Of a stretch of 64,000 nt of DNA, positions 37,001 through 48,954 are shown one piece after another. Where the stretch lies: the NCBI RefSeq assembly GCF_022539665.2, contig NC_081334.1, positions 2,542,001 through 2,606,000 on the forward strand, written 5' to 3'. This DNA comes from Daphnia carinata. Lineage: Eukaryota. Both the position numbers and the translations under genes were made by a program. The notes beneath the pieces are model-generated. The model saw nothing but the letters and a program-made list of their open reading frames with translations, had not been told where the DNA came from and searched no databases. Within the stretch, counting starts at the first letter, position 1, and each line of letters opens with the position of its first letter.

Positions 37001-40000
37001 TGGCTATCTTCTGTTTCGAGTCGTACCGTTTGGAGCAATTGGGGATAGCCTGGGTATTTAAACGGCTCGAGTTCTACGCCATAACGATCGAATACTATAG
37101 TTTGTGCCTGTAGAAGTAGTAGGATATTATGCGCATCCGGGCCATCAGTTACGCGCAAATTGCGATTGCAAAGCCACTGGTAAGCAACAGCCACTTTTTC
37201 GAACATGACACGTCCTGTTAAAACAAACATATAATGTAAGGTATTGAATAAATTTGGGAGAAAAATAAAAGAACAACCTTCGGGGTTTTTATCAGGATGG
37301 TATTGCTGAGCAAGCTTGAAGTAGGCTTTTCGAATAGTTGCATCGTTGAATGGAGTCGCCTTAGGTAGGCCGAGAGTTGCTAAGGCATCATCCTCCGTCA
37401 TTCCAGAAGGCTTCTTGTCAACTTCTCTTCTCCAGGATTCCAATAATTCTCGCAGCAAATTGACTGGTTCTTTGATTGGCCAATTAGGAAACCGAAGCGT
37501 ATCACATAAATGACGGAGGTAATAGGAGTGACAGAATAGTTCCGCTTCCAGCTGTGGGTATGCGATAGCAGGAATGGGGCAGTACTGATACAAAGCACGT
37601 GGGTTGCTTTGCAGCCGAGGAGTGAAATCCGCCAAATGAGCAGCAATTTTTTCGATAAGAAGACGTCTCATTTCCGATCCCCAGATCACCTCTGGAGTAT
37701 CGAATTCACCAAGGAAAACTTGAGAAAATTCTTCTGGACCGTACGTATCCAGATAGCGTATCATGGCTTCCGGTAGAAGAGGTGCCAGTACGCTTCGCGA
37801 AAGTTGATCACTGCTGTCCTCTAAGCTCAGCGCTTGAGTAGTGTGAGTCATTTTCAAGAACTTGGCGATGGGGAGAACGTTCGAACCTACAAGATGAAAT
37901 GGTACTTGATTAGGACCAGTTGCAGCGTATTTTAGAATAATGTAAAACTGACCTGTGTACATCATGACGAAAAAGAAGACGCCGCTGTTGAAGAGCCGTG
38001 ACAGTAGTGGATTATCGCTCATTACGAGTGTCAGAAGCGTTGCAACTTTTTCAACCAAAATAGGGTCAAACGTCAAAAGCAATTGGACCACATGTGGAAG
38101 AGAAAGAGCATCGCTTAAGATTCGTTTGACTCTAGGTAGAGGGCGAATCACGGATCCTTCGCTGTCTCGACTAGGAAAGTATTCGCAGATGCGAATCATT
38201 AGGTTTAAGATGAGAGCAGCCAAATCACTTTCGTTCAGCAACGCCGAGCCGGTTGCTAAAAGACTCCACTTAAAAATTGCAACGTTTTGCAGCGACTTCC
38301 AGCCGTCCAGTCCTTGTGCCCAGCAGCGACTTTTAGCATTTAAGTTACCCTGTAAATGGTATGAACTATTAGTACATTTTCCTTAATAGAATTGGCAGTT
38401 AGTAGACCTTTTTAAATAACTCTTTCATTTCAACGAAGCTGAAGGGTCCTAGGCGTTCGCCTGCAGCATTTCCATAATACCATTCTTTTTCTTTCTCTCC
38501 TGGATGCTGCATATCGTGCCCCGCTTCAATCACATTGCTCTGGCTGACTAGTACAGCTCGACGAGTATGGAGGTGGGCCAAAGGAAGGAGATCAATGAGA
38601 GAGCGCAATCCGTCGGCGTCTAGCATGCCCTTGACGTTAAGTGGTTCGTTGACCAACTGTGATAAAAGGCAGACTAATCGATCACGCTCTTCGTAGTCAC
38701 TACAACGCTCCAACAGCGTTATCAAGTATCCCGTATCCGGGAAAGGCCCAATAACGTCGCGATGACGGCCATAAACAAGTGCCATGGCTTGTAGGCATGG
38801 TAAGCTGGAGGGGAAAAAATACCTTAAAAATCTCAAGTACATCATGTTAAGCGATACAGAACAACGTATAAACAAACCGTAGAGATGGTTTGGGGGCAGT
38901 TAGGAAACGACGATAGAGCTCATCGAAGAATTCAACGGGATTTTTTATGTCAATTGCCAAACATCCAGTAGGTTGATTATGCTGAAGTAAGACTCTCAGG
39001 TAGTAGTCCCCAACACGAACCTCATCGACCAGTGATGGATAACTGACTTCAAATTCCATATGGTTCCACGCAATCGATTCCACACCTGTCGAAAACAGAT
39101 TCAAAAAAATTAGAGAAGAACCAGACAATGAAAAATAATAAATTTCTTCGTTTAATCACCTGAGAGTTCTCGATCTTGAATGCACGTGCGTAACTGATTT
39201 TCCAATGCTTCCCTTAGTTCTTCTCTTGTTTTAGCATTCCATATCAAATTAGGTAAGGCGTGTTCTTTCCAGAACTGATAGCATAACAGTTCCCAGTTTC
39301 CTTCAGCTTTGACACGTTGTCTTCTTCTTCTAAGGACAACAGGACGCTCTTTTGGTTTTTCTTGCCGTCTTGACGCATGATCTCTAGACCGCCAATGCTG
39401 TAGAGCACCGTCAACGTGTTTGGCCAACATTTTATGTGCCGTCTTCACATGGCGTTCTACAGCCTTTTGCCATTGCGGATTCTGTTTGCGTCCGTATTCT
39501 TCGTTGGCAATCTGTTTCAATAAAAATTATCTTAAAAATACGCTACTTAAAGCACGTTCAAATTTAGACATTTCAAGCAGCACGAAATAGTAATACTTTT
39601 AAATTATCTCGGTTAGGAACGCCTTCGCCTAGATCTTCATCAAACGTTTCTGGAACACTGTCGGTCGAATCTAAAAAACTCAGAAGTCCTGCTGGAAGGA
39701 TTCGTTGAAAAAGTTTTAGCGCTTCTGGGTTATTAGACGTCCATAATGCAACCAGCTTCCGCGACAGCTGTCGATTAAGAAGAAGACGGCCGTCTCCGAT
39801 AGACCCTAAAGACAAAATAGTTAACGATTAAAAACATATTTCAAAACAAGAAGCACTGCATTATTATGCCAAACCTGCTGGCTTCTTTGTGTAAAATGCC
39901 GTTAATAGGTGACGTGGTAAAGCAGCTTCTGAAAGGGCCAAGTGTTGCATCCGCGCAGCCAAGGATTCGTCTCCCTCTTCAACCACAGCTTTCATAAGCA

Positions 40001-42108
40001 ATCCTGCTCCTGAAATAGCAGGAATGTAAAGTAAAAATCAGCTGTTGTTCTATCACAACAGACATGAACAAGCCATCAAACCTTTGACAACTGAAAGTGA
40101 TGGGTGCTGTAAAAGACGGAATAATTCTTTGCCACGTTTTGCAATCATTGCCAATAACGCATCGAAATGTGCTCCATCGGTTGTTTCGCTGTATGGGGCG
40201 CATAGCGCAAACGTCAGGAAGTCTAGAACAGATATGACAACCAATGCCCCAGTTCCACGCAGCACATGCTGCGTCCATCGTTCTAAGATACCTGTGTGTA
40301 TTCAAAGAAACGTTGAAGATAAGCAAAATAAAATACAGATGATGCAGTAGAGAGTTTTAAATACCTTCCAAAAATTTGGATGATGAAAGCAGAGAACTCT
40401 TGTTGAGTTGCTCTTGTCGTAAATCGCTTTCATCATACATGGGCTCCATTAAAGCACAAAGGACGTCAATGGCTGTTTGGGTAACATGATCACGATCACG
40501 CTGTAAAGCCTTCACTACTTTAAGGCCCAGTTTTTCGCGAAATCCAACTAAATGAGTAAATGCAGCAAATCCCGATCTCGTAGCCACAAGACGACGCAAT
40601 GCCAAAAATTCTTCCTCGGTGTTAGCTTTGTCCTGAAAAGCAATAAATTGACATGACACACTTCCGAAGGATTGCTAGCATTATATACCTGAGGGCATGA
40701 TGAATCTTCTTCGACCAAAACAGAAAGTGCAGCGTGTATGGACTTCTCTTTGTTTTCCGGAAAGAAAATGCCTTCTTGGGTGTTGGCAAAGTGCAGTCCA
40801 CCATAGTTAACACTGCAATTGAAACGTAGCGTAGCCACTCCATGTGGAATCGAAGATGGAGGTTGGACCAGCCACCGTAAATGCATCGACTCGATCTAAA
40901 AATCGCATTGAAAAACAAACAAATTGGAAATATTCAGATAAACGGTATGATTTCATATTTTAGATAATAAAGAAATAAGATCCTTTACTAGCCTCTTCAT
41001 CTGGTGGTTGGCGTAGAGGAGTAAGCCTGAAAGCTCTATTCATGGGCACGGACCGAACATGCACATCTCGGTTGCCTGATGATCGAACACCATCTAGCAA
41101 AGTAGCTAAGAGAGCATCTCGCTCGGTAGCGCGGTAACTTCGCGTTCCGCCACGAAGAAATTCAATGGAAAAGCTTTGTTGATCGTCGGGATTACGAACC
41201 ATGGCAAAAACATCGCTCAATGGTTTCAGCGTGCACACACTACAAGAAACCGTAATGAAATTTGATTAATGCAATAAAATTCATGTTTAAATTAAGTAGT
41301 AGTACCTGTACGTATCTGGATCCCGTTCGAGAAGGCATGTTTCTGACAAACAGAGTAACCTTCGAACGGCATCAGGATGGCGAGAAGTGATTTTATGGAC
41401 AGGAAATTCAATAAGTGATGTCAAGTGTTCATCCAAACTATAATTCCCAAGCCTTTCTAAAACTGCCTGGTTTAAGCTGTTGAATGCTTTCAGTTGTTTG
41501 ATTGGAATGGCTACATTGGCAAGGGCAGATTCTTGGATTTTGGCAAGTATATCACTGCGGCCAGGAACTTCAAAAATGTGTAGCCTGCTAAAACCTATTC
41601 TACTGAAAACAATTGCTTGTGGACTATCTTCTATTAGTGCAATGCCTTCAATTTCAAAGAAGGGATAGATGGCAAGTTGTTGCTTAGTGGTTGGTTCAAG
41701 CTGAAGGACTCCAAATGAATTGACTTCTAATATAACTGGCAACTTGATGCCAGACCAGTGATGCTTGTAGGCATCATACCTCCAACAGTCCTTGCGTTGC
41801 TGCTCACTGTTCAATTTGACACGTAGGAATTCAAATAAAAGTTCTGATCGGTGATCACAAGTAAATCTCATGGAATCACGTTTCTTTTTCCTAAGGATGT
41901 TAAGAATGAACTCAAATTTTTCGATGGCTTTTATTCCGATGACTTCAGCGTAAGGCCATTGATTAGTTACTTCTAAACTGTTCGGATTGTACGTGGTAAT
42001 CGCGTGAGTGCCGATTGTAAAGATTCGTTTATACTTTCCTCGCCAGTTTGAAAGTTTTGTCACTAAAAAACTAGATATCTCTTGATTATCTGGAATGACA
42101 GTTCCCAT
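34005..42108 (-). CDS. DNAJC13: Receptor-mediated endocytosis 8 / DnaJ homolog C13, many exons
   Basis: N-term [14 protein letters not shown]...ITTYNP, IWN repeats (NLIWN, VLIWD, ELIWT), J-domain [20 protein letters not shown]. Confidence 0.96.
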
Positions 42109-43470
42109 CTTTTAAATAACAGGTGAGACTTTGTTCACCGCCCGTTGGGCTGACAAATTATATATCGCCAACGAGGCAAGTTAACGAACAACTCGGATTA
42201 CTATTTCGATTTGGACACTCCGGTGAATTTGCGATTATTATTTCTTCTGCTGAAAGTCAGACATCTGACACCAGAATAGGCTCCGCCCCTTCTACGCCCC
42301 ATAATAACAGACAGCGGAAGCCGTTTCTTGACGAACTAAGAACTAAATCAATTGAAACAAACTTTTAGCATGAAAATATTTGGCATAGCATAAATATCGC
42401 CTAAATGTAAGTTTTCAAACACTATTAAACAAACTTCGACAAACAGATGAAGTGGCCTCGCGTTTTTGTTTTTAAAAGTTAGACAGGGGGAACAAGGAAC
42501 ACCACGCGACTGACCCCTTTCCTCACGCATAGTTACCAAGTCGAACATTTTAAAAATCCCCACATTATGGAAAATGATGATCATGTTTGGCTCAGGATTC
42601 TAAGGGCCAAGACATTCATAATTCTTTTTCTATACAAAAATGGAAATGATTATATATTGACATATTCGGACCACTTCCTACCTCGATTTTGATGGCTACC
42701 CGCCAAACCAGCCTTGTGGTATTCTGCGGATTTTGCGTGCAGTGGGACATAAATGTAAAGACATTTTTTTTACAAGGGCTTCAAGTATGACGAGTGGCAA
42801 ATGTGAAAGCGAATTGTCGTTTATACTTTAGGTAATCGGTATTTCCGACATCCAACGAACTTTCTTTCCCCGGTTTTTTTCAAATCGATTATCAGTGACA
42901 AAGGTCGATGATCTCTGGCTTTCGTGATTTCAAAAAGTTAGATTCCCGAAGAGATAGGATGTCGTACAACACCCATTAGTTCGTTTAGTTAATGACATTT
43001 TAAAAAAAGCTGATTATGCAGTTCCAAACATGTTTCCCTCATTTTAGTTTCGTTTACGTCACGTGTGATGTGAAGCACTACATACCCGCTTGGTGTCTAT
43101 TTTCGAAAAGCGCTCGTGATTCAAAAATGTTTTTTTTACCCTCACCCCAAAGCCCTAGCACGAGCTCCGCCTCCCCACATGGGGTATGCTTGTAAGCGCT
43201 TTGCGTTCCCCCGAGATTTCAAAAACCATGACCAGAAGGCACGAGTCGGCCACACGTGCTCTTCTTTCTGTTGAAAATCGGCGCTCGACTTGTTTCATTT
43301 ACCGGAACAACTTAGTCTAGGCTTGTTGCTCACGCTTGTTTGGGGCAAAAAAATTAAATAAAAAACACTTACCGGTTAATTTTCTATGTAAACTGCATTG
43401 TTGATCTTATTCATCGGCATAAAACGACATTCTTTAATAATTGAAATTAGCGCCCCTTGTGCAAGCTGAG

Positions 43471-44533
43471 ATGGACAACAACGATAATCCTGTTATTCAA
43501 GGATTGGAGGCTCTTTTGGGGAGTGAAGACATGCATGAGGGTTCTGTATCTCACAGCAAAAGTTTTGAAGAAATGAGAACCAGATTCAGAGATAGCTTTA
43601 GTTTGGATCAATCAAAGGATTCTGGGATTGCTTTTTCCAATCTTAGTTTTAGACATATCCCAAGTGTAAACACATCTATTCAGAATGTGAGTCTTTTTGT
43701 TTCAATCATATAAAGAATATCTTACTAATTCTTTGTCGAACAGCAATCCATGGAGTCAGGCTTCTCATGTGAATTATATGATACTTCGTTCAGTTTTAAG
43801 CCAGCTGTTAATGTTTCATTTGATGGATGCTACATCGAAGATGATTTTGTGCCTGTAACTAGAGGTCTTGGACAAAAGCTTCAACAGTCACAGTGGGTGG
43901 GTAAAAATTTGACTGCTATCCATGCCTGGAAAATTTTAATAATTTTTTTCCATTTAGCCAGCAAGACCTAAATCTGGGATCCTTTCTAGTGCTGTTAGCC
44001 ACGGTGGTGATATTAAAAGTAAAACCCCTTCTTCACCTTCAAGCATACAAGAAGCATACACCCAAGTGAAACATACATACCTGTTGAAAAAGTGTTGGAA
44101 TAGTATATGTTGCATAAGGAAACTTCGTACTCAGTTGACTCAAAAGCCTATGGATCTGGAGCAACCAATAGAATGGAGCGTAATTTACTTGCTTGATGCC
44201 TTCAAGAATGAAATTATAGAAGTAAGTTAATTTACTAATTTTTGGAAAAAATTTGCATAGTGTTTTACTTTAACATTTTAGATGACCAAAGAATTCAGTG
44301 ACTCGAAGCTTGCTTCCTTGCTACATGAAATTCAGAAGTCTTTAGAGCTGGTGTACAGAAACATCGGTTGTAGTGCTATGGATTGGAATATGTTGAACCA
44401 ACTTCAACGACTCTCTAGTAATTTGTTTGTGGCTCTCTATTGTCAGTGCATTCTACAGAATTCACTATCTACCCCAGCTGAAGAGAAGTTTCGTTCCGAG
44501 AAACGCTTTACAATTTGGAATAGTTTGGCCTAG
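43471..44533 (+). CDS. Uncharacterised protein, ~4 exons (43471-43686, 43744-~43897, ~43958-44221, 44282-44533)
   Basis: ORF pieces bounded by GTGAGT/GTAAGT donors and AG acceptors; AATAAA ~44644; no family recognised. Confidence 0.6.
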
Positions 44534-45179
44534 AAGTGTTCTGTTCTAATCTTAAGACCCCGTTCTTTTTGTTTTCCTGTTGAGATTGGCAGCATACTTT
44601 TTCGCGACGTGCCTAATGTTTTTTTCCCCTACACTGTACGATAAATAAATCAATAAATGCTTTCCGTTTTTCGTTTAAAATAAAAATATTAGTATAAAAG
44701 GAAAACCATAAACTTTCCATCTACTGTGTTATCCATCCCGCAGCTTCTCCATTTCGAATTGTGGGCATTTTGAATGCACCTTTACGATTTCCAACAAGAA
44801 ATTTTTTAATACTCTGCCGGTCAAGTGTTTTTGGTTGTCACTGGGTTAAGATGTTGTTAGATATGGTTGTATGCCGTAAATTGACGGGTGGTTTTAAAAC
44901 ATACACCCTCTACTTGGTTTCTCGAGCTCACCATCACGAAGAATTTCAATACCAATCTAAATTTTGCTTAAGAGTAGTTTATTTTAAAAAGAAGTGCATT
45001 TACCATCTCGAGATGAACGTGATCTTGTTCGATGATAATAATAAATATAAAAAATCAGTGCTGAACACTTTGTCTTATGCTGGTGAACATTTGAAATTGC
45101 CTAGGAATAAAAGCTTTAGATTATTACTACTTCCACCGAATATAGTTTAATTACCGATACCTTATTCATGTCTGCAATT

Positions 45180-46096
45180 TTAACGTCGTCGGTCCCTATG
45201 GCCTCCACGGCTTCGGTACGGCCTAGAACCCCTAGACCGATTAGACCTGCTTGGATAAGGTTGGACTGCTGGTCTGGCAGCAATTCGACTAAGAGGAGAT
45301 ATGAAATTTGGTGGCAAATCAGGAAGTGTTGCTGGTGAATTTTCCATTGTTTTCAGTTTGTTTTCAATTGCTTTTATCTGCTGCTCAAGACTGCATGTTA
45401 CAGTAGAGATAAGAATAAAATTGAGAAATTTAATAAAAGCCTCCTAAATAACCATATAATTTGTTTCTATATCATTGAATTACTTTAACTTATGTTTGTT
45501 GTCCTTTGCTCCACTCAGAGCAGGTATGCTAAGTTGAGTTGTTTTAGGCCCAGCAAGGTCATCCTAATATAATTGTTTTGAATGAAAACATTATCACCAA
45601 ATCATTGAATATGTATCAGAGGATTACTCACTTTATGTACACTTCTGGCTGGCTTCACTAACAGAGTCCTTCCAAGAAGAGATTTCCCATCAAATTCTTT
45701 TCTAGCTCTTATAGCTTCTTCACGCTTGTTAAAAGTAAGAAAGGCATATCCTCTTGGTTGTCCTGCTTGAGGTCCAATTTTATGAAAGAGGTACTCAAGC
45801 TTGTCAATAGTACCAGCATTTTGGAACAGTTTTACCAATTCAAACCAACAAACCAAAAAAAAATCAGATAACTATACTGTTTCATTAAATAGAAAGTTTA
45901 ATTCACAGTTTATATACTTACTCTGTCACTCTTGAGTCAAGATTACCAACCCAGATCCGGCTATCATTATTAGGATGAGTATACAAATCTAACATAGGAT
46001 CGTCTTTTTCCATCTATATAGTTTGTAGAAAATTTTTGCTTACAGACAGCATTAAGCAATAAAAATTAAGGATATAACCTCAGTATTCGAATTCAT
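45180..46096 (-). CDS. RBM18: RNA-binding motif protein 18 (single RRM), 5 exons
   Basis: RIWVGNLDSRVTE-FELVKLFQ...YLFHKIGPQAGQPRGYAFLTF and C-terminal QIKAIENKLKTME; intron 2 needs a non-canonical acceptor (see findings). Confidence 0.88.
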
Positions 46097-46589
46097 TTTA
46101 GCTTGTTTTTCTTCTCACTTCCGATTTTTCTCCCAAACAATAAAAAGCCCTGACAACAACACAATCAATCGATTTTCGATTGACAGCTATGGGGAATTTA
46201 GTATTAGGCATCGGTGCCAATTGTGAATTATAAATCTGACATTTCTATCATATTTTTAATTATCAGTTTGTAGAAATTACAGAAAAGCTTAAATATAAGT
46301 GTAAATAATCAAAGAAAACTTCCATTAAAAACAAACACACATTCATAAATTTATAAAATATGTGTTTTAAGAAAAAAGCTGTTTTAAAACTTTTTTGTAC
46401 TACATACTAATACATTAAAGTAGATTAAAACTTACTAAAAATTTTTTAAACATTTTGAAATGACAAATTTCTTTAAGTTATTATCTTAGAATGTTTCATT
46501 TGTTCACTTTTAGCTGGCAACGCTTGCAATTGTTTTTTATAAAGGGAAGTGAGTTTCTATCCTCTACCACTAGAGAGTGTCTCGTATTC

Positions 46590-46620
46590 CTCAGTCTTTC
46601 TCTCGTTCGAGTCTTTCCTC
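46590..46620 (+). promoter_or_regulatory. TCT/5'TOP-like pyrimidine initiator of RpS8
   Basis: TCTTTCTCTC and TCTTTCCTC tracts 30-55 nt upstream of the ribosomal protein ATG. Confidence 0.6.
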
Positions 46621-46649
46621 GATCGACTCGATCGTCCATTCTATCCAAG

Positions 46650-48100
46650 ATGGGTGAGCACTCTTTACATTAGATTTTATCCTCTTTCATCCATGTTTTG
46701 CTTATTGTTTTTGAATTTGTTTAGTTTTGAATTTGTTGTGCTCAATTTCAATCGTGTTGTAGAACCGTTCGATTTGCTCTAAGTTTTAAAGTCGAATTTC
46801 TTTATAGTGCAACAATATGCCCCTGTCGGTGTCTGACGTTGGCGGGGCGCATCGTGTTAACTGGAGTTAGAACTAATTACGTTCATTTAATCTAGGCATT
46901 TCTCGTGATCACCAACACAAACGCCGGGCCACTGGTGGCAAACGTAAGCCCATCCGCAAGAAGAGGAAGTTCGAGTTGGGCCGTCCACCAGCGAACACCA
47001 AGGTGAGTTTACAATATAGTGGAAGGTATTACGTAGAAGTGTCCGAATCTTAGAGTTGGCAATGAAATCTACCGTATATATTCCAAGTGATTAACATAAC
47101 CAAACCATCTTTCGGCTGAAGAAAATGATGAAGTTACCATTATGATTTTTAAACGACTAATCTTTAAAAGCGAAAGTTTTGGGAACTTCTAACGAAGCCT
47201 CTATTTGCAGCTTGGAGCTCGCCGTATTCACACTGTTCGCGTTCGTGGTGGGAATAAGAAGTACCGTGCCCTTCGTTTGGACCAGGGTAACTTCTCTTGG
47301 GGCTCTGAAGGTGAGTTTCCAAGCAAAGCAGATTTGATTTGTGTTAAATGATGTCATTCGTGCGTGTCATCTGATCCTATTGATGGATAAGACTTCATTG
47401 TCGTTAACTGATAACAAGTTGGTAGTTAGTGGATTGTTTAAAGTGTCGGCTTGTTCACCATTTGAATTTTTTCCATGCACAGGTGTTGCCCGTAAGACCC
47501 GTATCATCGATGTGGTGTACAATGCTTCCAACAACGAATTGGTACGCACCAAGACTTTGGTAAAGAATGCCATTGTTGTTGTCGATGCTACACCCTTCAG
47601 ACAGTGGTATGAAGGCCACTATGCCATTCCTCTCGGTCGTAAGAAGGGAGCCAAGCTTGTGAGTTTTGTTTTTTTAAAGCAAATAGTTCACCATGATGAT
47701 ATACCTTTTACTTGCACTAGGCTGGAGCCTCGTGTGATACTGTTCTAGTATCGCACATTCTAGCCTCTGATGTTCTGTCATAGTTACTCTGAGCTTTGCA
47801 TTTTAATTGTTTTTTCTTAAATGTTTTCATCACTTACTTAACAGCTCTGTTCTTTTGTAGACTGAAGCTGAAGAAGCGGTATTGAACAAGAAAAAGTCCA
47901 AGAAGTCTGAGAAGAAGTACAAGACACGTCAACGCCTCGCTAAGATCGAGACTGCTTTAGATGAACAATTCTTGACTGGTCGTCTCTTGGCATCCATTGC
48001 CAGTCGCCCCGGACAGTGTGGAAGAGCTGACGGTTACATCCTAGAGGGCAGAGAATTGGAATTCTACCTCAGGAAAATGAAGACCAAGAAAGGGAAATAA
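46650..48100 (+). CDS. RpS8: 40S ribosomal protein S8; exons 46650-46653, 46896-47002, 47211-47310, 47483-47658, 47861-48100
   Basis: [18 protein letters not shown]...[17 protein letters not shown]...[16 protein letters not shown]. Confidence 0.98.
47085..47146 (+). ncRNA. Intronic C/D box snoRNA, SNORD32/51- or snR39-like guide for an LSU rRNA A in CCGAAAGAUGGU
   Basis: ACCATCTTTCGG (47104-47115) directly before CTGA is antisense to conserved LSU CCGAAAGATGGT; ATGATGA at 47125; terminal C and D boxes are variant. Confidence 0.7.
47342..47416 (+). ncRNA. Intronic C/D box snoRNA, mgU6-77/SNORD10-like
   Basis: Terminal stem TGTTA/TAACA, C box ATGATGT, guide CATTCGTGCGTGTCAT plus D' CTGA, C'-like TTGATGG, D CTGA 47408. 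Confidence 0.85.
47679..47799 (+). ncRNA. Intronic C/D box snoRNA, SNORD46/snR63-like
   Basis: C box ATGATGA 47693, long internal hairpin, guide GTCATAGTTACT antisense to LSU AGTAACTATGAC, D box CTGA 47789, flanking GCAAA/TTTGC stem. Confidence 0.88.
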
Positions 48101-48954
48101 ATAATTCGCCGCTTTTTGTACTTCTGACCTGTGCTCTCCATCTGCCACAAATCGTTGACAAAAATACAAACGGGCTGGCGATAAACAGTTGTTCATTTCG
48201 TTATCATGGCTGATGGTTGGAATAGTTAGGGGAATACGGTTTGAGGCTTGTTAATATCTAACACTAAGGCACAAGATCTTGAAAGATACTTAGATAATAA
48301 TACCTTTGTTTCGAAGAGCAATTACGATGTTTTGATTTAACCGAATGCAATGCTGACGCCTCATGGATGACAGTTTTATTGAAATGTATCTTCCACGTTC
48401 AGATGTTGGGATAATGGTACACATCACATGCCATTGTATGTTCACCGAGAAACTTCCCACTAAACTGAGAACTACGCTGCATGCAGGTGCGTAAAAAACT
48501 AAATTCAAAGCTTAAGAAAAGCGGTGAAATAAAATCAAAGCAAAATAAATGTAATTTTTTTTCATTTTTTTACATTTGACAATCAAGCATTTATGTAGAC
48601 AAAACAAATTTGTATAATAGTTTGACAGTTTGATAAAATCTACTATGATGAAAATCACATGCCAATGTTTTTCTTTAAAATAAAAATCCGGCTTAACTTG
48701 TAGGAATGTTTAAAATACTCGAATTCCTTTAAATAAGAGGGCAATAGTAAAATCAATTTGGTCTCACATTGCCTTGCATCAGTCAATTTCTTTAAAAGTA
48801 CTTTTAAAACACGAGTCGTAATATTGCCGTTTGAATAATTAAAACAAGAAATTGGTGCTTAATATAGCAGCTCTCCTTTTGTCAGCCCTGTTGAAAATAT
48901 GACTAACTCTTCTTGCCTCTTCCAAAGTAACGAGAAGAGAATACTTATGGTAAT

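Noticed and set aside
19831..46196. Shared 16-mer TTGACAGCTATGGGGA at ~19831 and ~46180
   Set aside because: Similarity does not extend; probably chance or a common short promoter motif
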